The notes under the pieces are model-generated. The model was given only the letters and a program-made list of their open reading frames with translations, was not told where the DNA came from and did no database searches. Below, in pieces: positions 47,920-56,555 of a stretch of 56,555 nt of DNA (its first letter is position 1; every line of letters begins with the position of its first letter). The stretch is from the NCBI GenBank assembly GCA_018302705.1, contig JAGVZI010000011.1, positions 1 to 56,555 on the forward strand, written 5' to 3'. The translations under genes were made by a program, and so were the position numbers. The stretch is from Candidatus Woesearchaeota archaeon (GTDB taxonomy: Archaea > Nanobdellota > Nanobdellia > SCGC-AAA011-G17 > ARS1403).

Positions 47920-50241
47920 TCAAAAAATTCCGTTTTTTTTAAATCTTAATTTCCTTGAAAATATCTGGAATGCCAATCCAACAATTGCCAATCCGACGAC
48001 AACGCTTGTTAATATTATTGAAGACTTACTAGTTGTGCCTGTAACAGCGCCAGTAACGTCTCCAATCCCTTCTCCTTCTTCTGCTCCAGTTTCTGCCTGA
48101 TTAGATTCAGTTTCAGCTCGAACTGCTGCTCCAGTCCTAGCTCCTCCTCCACCTCCACTCCCTCTCGCTCCAACCAATCCAGTTCCTGTAATCGGACTTG
48201 GAGCCCCTCCTCCAGTATTATCATCGCTCACAGTTCCACTGCTGCCTCCAGAAGAAGTTGGAGTATAAGAAACAAATTCTGTGAAATGCTTTGTCCATAT
48301 GATCATATCGCTTCCTGAAGATGTAAGGCAATCTCCTTCAGCAGGCATAGTATTAGGATCTGCAATTTCAGAATCAATGCACGCATTAATTGCTGTAAAC
48401 ACACCATTCAAAACATATCCTGCATTCTTCCCGGCTTGTCCCGGTAGAGTAAGCTTTGTAGCTTTATCAAATGTTAATTTCACAGTTGATGATCCTACTT
48501 CTATAACTACTGTCGGTGTTCCAGATACAGTTGCTGATGGCTCTGCCTTTATTGTAGGCAAGGTGATTAGGCCATTCCAATCTGGTTCTCCCTTTATTTT
48601 AGTTCCAGTTGGAATCTCCACTGTATAAGATAGCGATGACGTTTCTCTGCTTAGAGTTAAAGTATTCTGCGTTGTTAACTCTTTTGTAGACTGGTCAACT
48701 AATGAATTTAGATTTAATGTAACAGGCTGATCCTCGCTGACAGAAGCTGGAACTGAAACTTCTTGAAGATCAGCTGCATTGCTATTATCAATCAAAACTT
48801 CATCTACATCGGGATTTACCTCGACAGTGCCTGCAACTATTGTAGCAGGAGCAACCTGTTTCTTAACTGTCAGCTCAAATGATTTTGTCGCGGATGCAGA
48901 ATTTCTTGTCAAGGTTGCTGTCAAGCTGACTTGTTTATCCTCGTTAATGTCTCTTGCAACACTTCCATTTAAAGCAATTACACTTGTGTTTGAAGAACTC
49001 CATGAAATGCTAGTTCCTGGATGATTTTCCAAGCTAGTTGGCAGTTTAACGTCGCTGATTATTTTTTCTCTTTCAACGTTGCCATTCAATATTTTTGTTT
49101 CTGTCAAATCTAGTTTTGCCTGAGATACAGCAAGCTCATCTAGATCAGTTGTTCCTAAAACTATTAATGTAAATGATTTTGATGCGCTGGCTGCTCCTTT
49201 CGATACCGTTGCTGTTAATGTAACTGGAGAATCAAATGTTGGCCTTGAAACGCTTCCAGAGTTTTCAATTATGTTTTTGTTTGAAGAACTCCAAGATATT
49301 TTTGTATTATCATTTCCTGATTTTATCAAATTTAAATTACTTGTTACTGAATTTTCATTCTGACCATTAAGTATCGACGACAAAATCAATAAATTCAATG
49401 CATCCTGTACAGCCCGCTGATCTGATTTTGTCTCCTCTAAGACAATTAATGTGAATGTCTTTGTATCAGAAACAGCTCCTTTTGAGAGCGTTGCTGTTAA
49501 AGTTACTTCTTTATTTCCTTCTCCATTCTTTGGTCTTGTTATTTTTCCAGTATATTTATTCAAAACATTATTGTCCGAGCTCTGCCATGAGATCATCACA
49601 TTTCCAGAAGTGAAATATATTAGATTGAGATTGCTCATTATCTGATTTTCTAGTAGATTTTCTCCTTTTATCTTTCCAATGTCATGGAATAAAGCAGCTA
49701 TTCCACCTTGTTTTGTTTCTTGTCTTTTAAAATCATTTTTTAAATAACACCCCAAAGTTAAGATACAAGTATTAACACCATGAATAGTTGTATCATATCT
49801 ATCAGCTGAAGCCATATTCACTAAATTCATCATAACATTAGGATCTCTTAAAAACCCGTCAATCATATAATCTATAGTTCTAGACAAGACTTCATAAGAG
49901 CTTCCTCTTGGCTCTGCTAAAGTTTCTCTAACTATAGTTGTAAAAGTTGCTTTTACCCTCTCCGGGTCTCCTGAAATTAAATCTTCTTTTAGCTGGGCAT
50001 TAAATCTTTCCTGAGTTTCCCCTAAAATAGCTACAGTATCTCTTTTCCTTATGTAAAGATGAGCAGGCAACGTACCCCTATCTATCCTGCTATCGATTCT
50101 AATGCCTGCTTTTTTGTAAGGTATAAAAGTACCATCTTTTGATTCTTGATAGAGAACATAATCCTTACAAAAGGGTATTTGCGCTCTTCTCACTTCCTGC
50201 ACATCCCCCATCCACAGCACTTCTTGTATTTTTTCCGGCAT
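47920..50241 (-). CDS. Chimeric ORF: truncated HD-GYP-like domain fused to Ig-repeat surface protein with C-terminal TM
   Basis: ...TTIHGVN...LFHDIGKI switches abruptly to SNLNL...ISWSSSN...VTLTAT repeats, then TKHFTEF and a TM. Confidence 0.7.
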   Translation of the reverse strand: MPEKIQEVLWMGDVQEVRRAQIPFCKDYVLYQESKDGTFIPYKKAGIRIDSRIDRGTLPAHLYIRKRDTVAILGETQERFNAQLKEDLISGDPERVKATFTTIVRETLAEPRGSSYEVLSRTIDYMIDGFLRDPNVMMNLVNMASADRYDTTIHGVNTCILTLGCYLKNDFKRQETKQGGIAALFHDIGKIKGENLLENQIMSNLNLIYFTSGNVMISWQSSDNNVLNKYTGKITRPKNGEGNKEVTLTATLSKGAVSDTKTFTLIVLEETKSDQRAVQDALNLLILSSILNGQNENSVTSNLNLIKSGNDNTKISWSSSNKNIIENSGSVSRPTFDSPVTLTATVSKGAASASKSFTLIVLGTTDLDELAVSQAKLDLTETKILNGNVEREKIISDVKLPTSLENHPGTSISWSSSNTSVIALNGSVARDINEDKQVSLTATLTRNSASATKSFELTVKKQVAPATIVAGTVEVNPDVDEVLIDNSNAADLQEVSVPASVSEDQPVTLNLNSLVDQSTKELTTQNTLTLSRETSSLSYTVEIPTGTKIKGEPDWNGLITLPTIKAEPSATVSGTPTVVIEVGSSTVKLTFDKATKLTLPGQAGKNAGYVLNGVFTAINACIDSEIADPNTMPAEGDCLTSSGSDMIIWTKHFTEFVSYTPTSSGGSSGTVSDDNTGGGAPSPITGTGLVGARGSGGGGGARTGAAVRAETESNQAETGAEEGEGIGDVTGAVTGTTSKSSIILTSVVVGLAIVGLAFQIFSRKLRFKKNGIF

Positions 50242-50317
50242 TTATTTTAAATTAAATAAAAAAGTATTTAAAAATATATCCTTAATAAATAAAAAAAAGA
50301 AAAAAAGTTTTTTATTT

Positions 50318-51196
50318 TCAGTTGTACAAGCCTTTAACCCCTGTAATGTCTCCGGCTTCTAAAGTTCTCTTCTTGGTTTCTCCAAAGTCTGCATAAGCAT
50401 ACATTGTCTCTTCTGTGCATTCACTACTTGGATGCCCCATACCAACACTATGTCCTATCTCATGGGTGGCTATGTTCTCAAAATCCATCTTTCCTACTTC
50501 TCCTGCTGTACTCCAGCTAAAGTCTACTTGGTCATAAACCTGGTCCCATTCAACTAGCTCTCTCTGACTTGGAGGTCCTCTGAAAATACCCCAAACAATA
50601 GTTACTGCAATAGCTCCAGAATTACTTACATCACCGAAGTAAACCTCATTTAGTCCATCAGGACTTGAAGTGTCAGCAACTAAACTTTCTGCTGTTGAAC
50701 TTCCTCCTCCTAAAATATTTACAGACACATCTTCCCATTTTTGTATGTCATCTACGACATTACTCAAAACATAGTCGGCATTAATCCCCTGTGTGTTGCT
50801 AGGATTTACAAACCACGACTCTAATGTTTTCCACTTAGCTCCATTTGCTAAATAAGAAAAGCAAGAGCTTGTTGTACTCCCTCCACTACAATCTGCAGCG
50901 CATTTATTTGCATTCTCTCCAGGCTCGCAAATGCCATTTCCGCATACTGCTCCTGGTTTTGCAAATTCTCTTTTTTCAAAAATAGCAAATCCCTCTACTT
51001 CTCTTCCATCAACGTCAGCTGCTGTTCCTAAACTAAAAACTCCGGGCGCTACTTCTACTGCATGCTTTGGTATTGTCAAAGAAATATCTGCTTTTGTATT
51101 CGTTGCCGGTACTAAATTAGTGTCTGGCTTTCCTGCTACTACTAACCCAACTGAAAATACCAATGCTATTATCCATAATATTAGGTATTTTTTCAT
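50318..51196 (-). CDS. Secreted matrixin-family zinc metalloprotease
   Basis: Signal peptide from MKKYL, CGNGICEPGE motif, HEIGHSVGMGH, Met-turn TMY. Confidence 0.9.
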   Translation of the reverse strand: MKKYLILWIIALVFSVGLVVAGKPDTNLVPATNTKADISLTIPKHAVEVAPGVFSLGTAADVDGREVEGFAIFEKREFAKPGAVCGNGICEPGENANKCAADCSGGSTTSSCFSYLANGAKWKTLESWFVNPSNTQGINADYVLSNVVDDIQKWEDVSVNILGGGSSTAESLVADTSSPDGLNEVYFGDVSNSGAIAVTIVWGIFRGPPSQRELVEWDQVYDQVDFSWSTAGEVGKMDFENIATHEIGHSVGMGHPSSECTEETMYAYADFGETKKRTLEAGDITGVKGLYN

Positions 51197-51248
51197 CTTG
51201 TTTTTAAGGTCTTTATTTTTTATATATCTTTCTGTTTTAGACAATCTT

Positions 51249-51387
51249 TTAGCAGACTGCTTTCCAGATCTTTTCTTTAATATAAGGTTGAAAACAAGAA
51301 TCTTCAAACTTAGTCATATTCATCCCAGTTCTTATAGTTCTTATATTTCCAACATGGATATACAAAGGTCTTTCATAGTCTTTCAGC
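51249..51387 (-). pseudogene. Orphan copy A of the 3' end of the 52190-53668 gene
   Basis: Translates LKDYERPLYIHVGN...TKFEDSCFQPYIKEKIWKAVC*. Confidence 0.8.
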
Positions 51388-51414
51388 TTTTACTCACAAG
51401 GTTTATATATAAAA

Positions 51415-51876
51415 ATGTGGGAAGAAAAGGATATGATACCATCGCATTATGCTGACAGCTGTATTTTTCTAGAACTTTTCTCAGAAAAAAGAGGTAACAA
51501 AGCAAGATTATGCAGAGCATATATTTATGATATAGACAAAAAATATAAAGTAATTATTTCAAGTCTTACGCTCGGAGAAATTCTTAAATTTCTTTCAGGA
51601 CTAGAAGGCGATATGGAAAGGGTTATGGCATTTCATAAGATAAATGATATAATTAAGAATGCAGAAGTTACTTCCCCCCAATTCGAGGATTATAAAATTG
51701 CTCAGGAGCTACACAATATTGATTATAAAATTGAACCTTCAGACGCTCTGCATGTAGCAATAGCAATAAATAAAAAAGCAAAAGTCTTTGCTACTTTAGG
51801 AGAAAGAGAACTTGCAGAAAATGGAAGAATAGTGGATTATTGCAAAAAAAGAGATCTGACTATCGAGAGCTTATAG
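51415..51876 (+). CDS. PIN-domain (VapC-like) protein
   Basis: YADSCIFL, LTLGE, SDALHVAIA. Confidence 0.85.
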   Translation: MWEEKDMIPSHYADSCIFLELFSEKRGNKARLCRAYIYDIDKKYKVIISSLTLGEILKFLSGLEGDMERVMAFHKINDIIKNAEVTSPQFEDYKIAQELHNIDYKIEPSDALHVAIAINKKAKVFATLGERELAENGRIVDYCKKRDLTIESL

Positions 51877-52027
51877 TGGGCATTTTCCCTTTTTCCCTGA
51901 CCATCTTCAATAGCTCAACACCGCTATATGGGACTTTAATATGCTCTATGTCCTTAAAGAATTCCCTGACTTTCTTCATATGCTCTGGGGAAGTATTTAC
52001 CTTTAATTTAACTCCATTATTTTTCAT
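51860..52027 (-). CDS. Small protein convergent with PIN gene, candidate antitoxin (55 aa)
   Basis: MKNNGVKLKV...YSGVELLKMVRE; VapB-like S-VEL-R-R tail; TATA upstream. Confidence 0.5.
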   Translation of the reverse strand: MKNNGVKLKVNTSPEHMKKVREFFKDIEHIKVPYSGVELLKMVREKGKMPTISSR

Positions 52028-52189
52028 CTTACAAAATTTAATGGTTTATTCCTATTTAAACCTTTCTTTTCAAATTTGAAATTTAGGGAACATTGCCAGT
52101 AATATTCATCTCTTCTAATGAAAAATTTATTGCTTTCTTCTCTTTTCTTAAAATTCGACTGCTTTAAGTAGGCTTTAATTTGGTGATAA

Positions 52190-53668
52190 TCAGCATATAA
52201 CTTTCCAAATCTTCCCTTCCACATAATCTTCAAAGCATTTATCTTCAAACTTGGTTATATTAATTCCAGTTCTTATATTTCCAGCATGAATATACAAAGG
52301 CCTTTCATAATCTTTCAGCATTTCTATGGCTTTTTCTGAATCGCTTTGCCAAAAATCTTGCCACTGCTGCAAGTTCCATTTATTATATTCAAATAATCCA
52401 GGAGCTATTGTTTTTCTTTCTGAATAACCTAGAATCCAAGGAGAATAATTCTTATGGGTTGCCATTGCAAACGCATTTTCTTCTGTTGTTTGTAAAGTCT
52501 TTATCTCATTTAATTCTTCTTCAGAAATCAAAGGCTTAGCTGTCAAAGCTTCTCCAAATACATTATAACTCAAAAATAAAAATATGATTAAAATGCTTAA
52601 AACCCCGATTTTCCTATCATCCTTAACAATCTCTAACAGGCCAATAGCAATTATAATTACAGCTATCAAGTCAAGCATGATAATGTATCTGTTAAAGAAA
52701 AACAGCCTGAAAACTACAATCAAGAAATTAATTATGAACCAGATGAACAAAATATTGTATTTCTTGTTTTGAAAAATATAATACAAGCCTAGAGCTAAGA
52801 AAGGGATGTAGATTAAGATTAAGGCTTTGTAGGTTAGCAAGTTAATGAAAGTCCCAGCCCCAATATCAAAAGTTTCTGTCAATCCTGGAACTATAGTTGT
52901 TTTTAATTTGTCTATATATAATAATAAAGACCCAATTATGATTATTATTCCAGAGATAAAATTTTTCTTGAAATTTTTTTTTATGTTAAAGAAAGTATGG
53001 AAAAGGAAGGAAAAAGCAAAAATCAGGAAAGTCGGCCTATGCATTCCTGCTAAGATAATTGCAGTTATTGTAAAAGCCTTGTAATTCGCTTTTTTTAAAA
53101 AATAAAAAGCCAGCAGCAGTAAAGATAATGCTATGATATTTTTATAGTATAAGAAAGTAAAGGCCTTGAACTGGACAATAGACAAAGAATATAATAAAGT
53201 AGATAATATTGCTGTGTTCTTGTCAAAATATTCTTTTACAGTTATATAAATTGAAAATCCTATTAACAGCTCAAATAAAATCAGGAAAAAAATCAGGATG
53301 AAAGTGCTTGGAAAGATTAAATTTAGGGTTTTCATTAAAAGATTGAAGACAGGCTCGAAAGTTGACTTTTCCCAGTCTGCATCTATCTTATTTTCTATTG
53401 AATACTTGTAGATTCCAGCATCATATCCAATTGGAATATCATTGCTTATGTATGGAACTGCCCTTGTAAGGAAAATTAACAAAAAAGCCAAAACCAGAAA
53501 AGAATTGCTTAGTTTTATCTCCTTGCCTTCTCTTCTAGATAAGATCAACAGGAAACTTACAATTAATGCTGCTATCCCAAAAACTAGGATATTTTGAGGG
53601 AGTATTTTAAAAGAAGATAGAACTACTAGAATTAAATAGATTAGCATTAATGGCTTGATGTTGTACAT
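52190..53668 (-). CDS. Polytopic membrane protein, GT-C (glycosyltransferase)-like
   Basis: About 12 TMs, PIGYDAGIY loop motif, RY motif, soluble C-terminal domain. Confidence 0.7.
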   Translation of the reverse strand: MYNIKPLMLIYLILVVLSSFKILPQNILVFGIAALIVSFLLILSRREGKEIKLSNSFLVLAFLLIFLTRAVPYISNDIPIGYDAGIYKYSIENKIDADWEKSTFEPVFNLLMKTLNLIFPSTFILIFFLILFELLIGFSIYITVKEYFDKNTAILSTLLYSLSIVQFKAFTFLYYKNIIALSLLLLAFYFLKKANYKAFTITAIILAGMHRPTFLIFAFSFLFHTFFNIKKNFKKNFISGIIIIIGSLLLYIDKLKTTIVPGLTETFDIGAGTFINLLTYKALILIYIPFLALGLYYIFQNKKYNILFIWFIINFLIVVFRLFFFNRYIIMLDLIAVIIIAIGLLEIVKDDRKIGVLSILIIFLFLSYNVFGEALTAKPLISEEELNEIKTLQTTEENAFAMATHKNYSPWILGYSERKTIAPGLFEYNKWNLQQWQDFWQSDSEKAIEMLKDYERPLYIHAGNIRTGINITKFEDKCFEDYVEGKIWKVIC

Positions 53669-53777
53669 TATTTCTTTTTAATGAATCGAAAAGTATATAA
53701 AGATTTGAATTAAAGAGATTCATGTTATAATAATAGCATATTTCAAAAAAGGGGTGATATTGACGTGATCCTACTTT

Positions 53778-54353
53778 TTGGGGTATGTCAATATTACTTC
53801 TAACTTTGTCGTTATTAAGGACAGTATAATGAAGACATTTAGAGTTTTTAAGAGGAAGCGGAAAAAGAGAAAAGTGAATCCTGTAGATATGATTGATAGT
53901 TCAATCTTTCTAGGTTTTATTTTTGATGAAGACAATAAATTTAAAGAATACTTGAATGTTGTTGGATATAAAAATCAAAATAAGGGGTCAATAACTAATT
54001 CTTTGATGGGAGAGATTCTAACTAATATTTTTGTTAAGGTAAAAGATGAAAATAAGATTGAACAATCTCTTTTAAGAACGAAGGTTTTTGGATTATTAGA
54101 CCAAATTATGACCAAATTGATTGAGGAGGGAAAGTTGGAAATTATTAAATTAAATAAAAGCAATTTTGATTTTGATATTTTTAATAATATTAAAGGGATA
54201 GATTATGCAATAAGCGATGATGATGCTATTCATTTAACTAGCGCTATAATAATGAATTGTCAGAATTTCGTGACTTCAGACAAATTGGCTGAAAATAAGA
54301 TATTATGTGAAAAAATTAAGAGTGAATACAATCTTAACATTAAGAAAATCTAA
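53778..54353 (+). CDS. PIN-domain protein
   Basis: MIDSSIFL, LMGE, DDAIHL, FVTSD; true start probably downstream (~53829). Confidence 0.82.
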   Translation: MGYVNITSNFVVIKDSIMKTFRVFKRKRKKRKVNPVDMIDSSIFLGFIFDEDNKFKEYLNVVGYKNQNKGSITNSLMGEILTNIFVKVKDENKIEQSLLRTKVFGLLDQIMTKLIEEGKLEIIKLNKSNFDFDIFNNIKGIDYAISDDDAIHLTSAIIMNCQNFVTSDKLAENKILCEKIKSEYNLNIKKI

Positions 54354-54549
54354 ATTTGCCTATCCAACCGTGTTTCCTCAGAATCGATCTTGTCTCTATA
54401 TAATATTTTTTAAACTCTGCATCATCAAATAACTTTTTATTAGAATACTTTGCTCTAATACTATTTTTGCCGTTCATTAAATCAACCTCTTTATGACTAT
54501 GCAAATCTCTATTCCTTTTTATAGCTTTTGCTTGGTTTTTAATTTTCAT
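54340..54549 (-). CDS. Small basic protein convergent with PIN gene
   Basis: 69-aa ORF overlapping the PIN 3' end; TATA upstream. Confidence 0.5.
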   Translation of the reverse strand: MKIKNQAKAIKRNRDLHSHKEVDLMNGKNSIRAKYSNKKLFDDAEFKKYYIETRSILRKHGWIGKFRFS

Positions 54550-54653
54550 CTTAGTAATTGTAATAATTTTAAAGTGGTTATATAAAGTTATCTATACTTG
54601 AAAAAATTGTTTTGTATAAAAGCACTATTGTTGTGTAATTGTTAAATTGGATT

Positions 54654-54884
54654 TTAAAAGCTTAAAGTTTCTATCCGGTTAGAATCATGAAAAAATCTTT
54701 TTATCCTGTCTAAAATACCCGGGTTTAATTGTCTCCTTATCCTCTCAGATTCTTCCAATGTTGAGAAAGAATGACTGCATTTGATGCATTGCTCTACATT
54801 TATTGTAAATGTCTTTCCATCTTTTATAATTAATTCCTTTGAATCTTCCAATTTCCCGTTACAAAGACTGCATTTATTTGGCAT
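54654..54884 (-). CDS. YgiT/MqsA-type zinc-finger protein
   Basis: CSLC...CIKC followed by EESERI. Confidence 0.7.
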   Translation of the reverse strand: MPNKCSLCNGKLEDSKELIIKDGKTFTINVEQCIKCSHSFSTLEESERIRRQLNPGILDRIKRFFHDSNRIETLSF

Positions 54885-55009
54885 TTTAGTATAGACTATA
54901 GAATATGCTGTATAATATCTTATATAAAATTATCGAAACTTATTTTTTATGTGTTATCCCGAAATTATTTTAGCAGTATACCTGCTTAATAGATTCATCC
55001 TATAAGCAT

Positions 55010-55082
55010 CGTTTTTATCCATTCTAAACTATATATTATAGGTTACAACAACATTTTTAAGCTTTGTTTTCAATTTTTAGAT
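55010..55082. repeat. Direct repeat copy 1 (partner at 56433-56497) flanking the MNT-HEPN pair
   Basis: CCATTCTAA-CTATATATTATA...AACATTTTTAAGCTTTGTTTT present twice. Confidence 0.75.
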
Positions 55083-55102
55083 AGGTTCGTACTTCACAGA
55101 AC

Positions 55103-55232
55103 TCAGCAAGTAACTTTATATATCTTATTTTTAATTATAGGTTCAAAACAACTATACTTAAACTTAGTTATATTCATCGAGTTCTTATAGTTCCAATATG
55201 AATATATAAATGGTCTTTCATAATTTTTTAGC
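55103..55232 (-). pseudogene. Orphan copy C of the 3' end of the 52190-53668 gene
   Basis: Translates ...YERPFIY...NITKFKYSCFEPIIKNKIYKVTC*. Confidence 0.75.
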
Positions 55233-55739
55233 ATTATTTTTAGACTTTTTAATCTCTTCATTCTCAATAACTTTATTTATATTAGAAACAAATTTCTTTG
55301 CATTTTTCAGAGAGTCTTCAGCAGGATCTTTATTAGCTTGAGGTAAGGTTTTGTAAGTAAAATTACCTCTTTTTCCTTTCTCGCTTTTAAAAATCTCTAG
55401 AAGCTCATCAGCTCTTACAATCATTTTCTTGTAAATGTTTAATAAACTAATATCCAACTCTCCTGTATCCACAAAATTTTTCTTAAATTCATTTAGTGTT
55501 TTCTTATGAACATTAGGACTATCTGTTTTGATATCTTTAGTTAATAACAAAGCCTTGGCAGCATAAAATATAGCATAATAAGAATGGGAGATTACAGAAC
55601 TGTAAAAAGTCATTTTACTCTCAATTTTTAAAAATTCTTTTACCTCATTATCATCGCTTATTAATTTAACTTTTTCAGAAAGAACAAGCTCATTACTAGC
55701 CCTGTCAGTAAAAGTCTTTATTTGTGAATCCATTATCAA
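55218..55739 (-). CDS. HEPN-domain protein
   Basis: SYYAIFYAAKALL...H...KRGNFTY...A..F. Confidence 0.85.
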   Translation of the reverse strand: MIMDSQIKTFTDRASNELVLSEKVKLISDDNEVKEFLKIESKMTFYSSVISHSYYAIFYAAKALLLTKDIKTDSPNVHKKTLNEFKKNFVDTGELDISLLNIYKKMIVRADELLEIFKSEKGKRGNFTYKTLPQANKDPAEDSLKNAKKFVSNINKVIENEEIKKSKNNAKKL

Positions 55740-56337
55740 TAGCCTCCTTAACTATCTGCATATATATCTCTCCTCCGTATAATAATAAATTCTTATTGGC
55801 TATTTCTTTTCCATAATTATGTTCTTTATTTGTTAGCATCTCTAAGAATTCATTGTTCCTAAAAACATATAAATGTATTTGCGGGATGCTTAATTCACAG
55901 AAGGAATTTAATTCAGCATAAACCTTTCTTAATTCCATAGAGTCATCTATCACTATGACAATATCAAGATCTGAAGTTGGTTTTTGCTTATTCTCAGCAT
56001 AGCTTCCAGCAACAAAAAGAATATAATCTTTAGTGGGTATTTTATTCATTAATTCAATTATCTTCTTATACGGAATATTTTTTTTACTCCATCCTTCATC
56101 TTCAAGAACAAAACTTGCAAACAATCTTGCTTTGGGATTTTGTAAATTAATAAAATAAATCAATGATCTGCCTATCCTTTCTTTTAGTAAAATACCTTGT
56201 TTAACAAAATTATCTAACACTTTTGATAAATAGCTTTTAGATTTTTTATTAGTTAGTGTTTTTATCTCAGTAAAAGTAAATTTTCTCCATGATTCTTTCC
56301 CAAATAACTTTAATATTCCGCTTTCTTTGTTTATCAT
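55705..56337 (-). CDS. wHTH + minimal nucleotidyltransferase (MNT antitoxin-like)
   Basis: N-terminal wHTH, GSYA...SDLD. Confidence 0.87.
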   Translation of the reverse strand: MINKESGILKLFGKESWRKFTFTEIKTLTNKKSKSYLSKVLDNFVKQGILLKERIGRSLIYFINLQNPKARLFASFVLEDEGWSKKNIPYKKIIELMNKIPTKDYILFVAGSYAENKQKPTSDLDIVIVIDDSMELRKVYAELNSFCELSIPQIHLYVFRNNEFLEMLTNKEHNYGKEIANKNLLLYGGEIYMQIVKEAIDNGFTNKDFY

Positions 56338-56432
56338 TTTATCCCTATTTTTAGGTATATATTCCCCTTTATTTAGGGACTTATAAACTTTCCTGTTATA
56401 GAATATCTACTATTTTAGTAGGAATCCGTAGA

Positions 56433-56497
56433 TGTTTACCCATTCTAAGCTATATATTATAATAACATTTTTAAGCTTTGTTTTATCTAAATTTAGA
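56433..56497. repeat. Direct repeat copy 2 (partner at 55010-55082)
   Basis: Read directly from the sequence. Confidence 0.72.
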
Positions 56498-56555
56498 GGG
56501 GAAAATTATATGAAATCAAAAGCTATAAATAGAAGTAGAAACATAAATGCTAATA

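Overview
AT-rich chromosomal segment of a DPANN archaeon, most likely Woesearchaeota-like. This assignment is inferred from rpl7ae-rps28e-rpl24e-ndk, archaeal gltX, Lhr, SMC, Ogg, RNase HII and TATA/BRE promoters. Two observations stand out. (1) A tyrosine recombinase gene (31538-32365, minus) points away from an integron-like array of four self-complementary modules (32503-34488). The modules are joined by dif-like TAA-CANNRA-TTA junctions whose 8-bp arms change from module to module; in modules 1-3 they match within the module. Each module folds back on its cargo (gene plus own promoter, or empty) with a conserved multi-stem architecture that is not a canonical attC. (2) There are four 27-33 nt bulge-helix-bulge (BHB) micro-introns: two in the 5S rRNA, whose removal gives a canonical 120-nt 5S; one in tRNA-Trp at position 30/31; and one in the RNase HII mRNA, whose removal restores DEAGRGP. 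Also present: a LAGLIDADG intein in the SMC P-loop, an HTH fused to a catalytically eroded PGK, a MinD/ParA + beta-barrel-like + cadherin-repeat surface cluster, an HD-domain/Ig-repeat chimeric ORF, and a toxin-antitoxin-rich end region with three versions of one gene's 3' end. All calls come from reading the sequence; no database searches were run.
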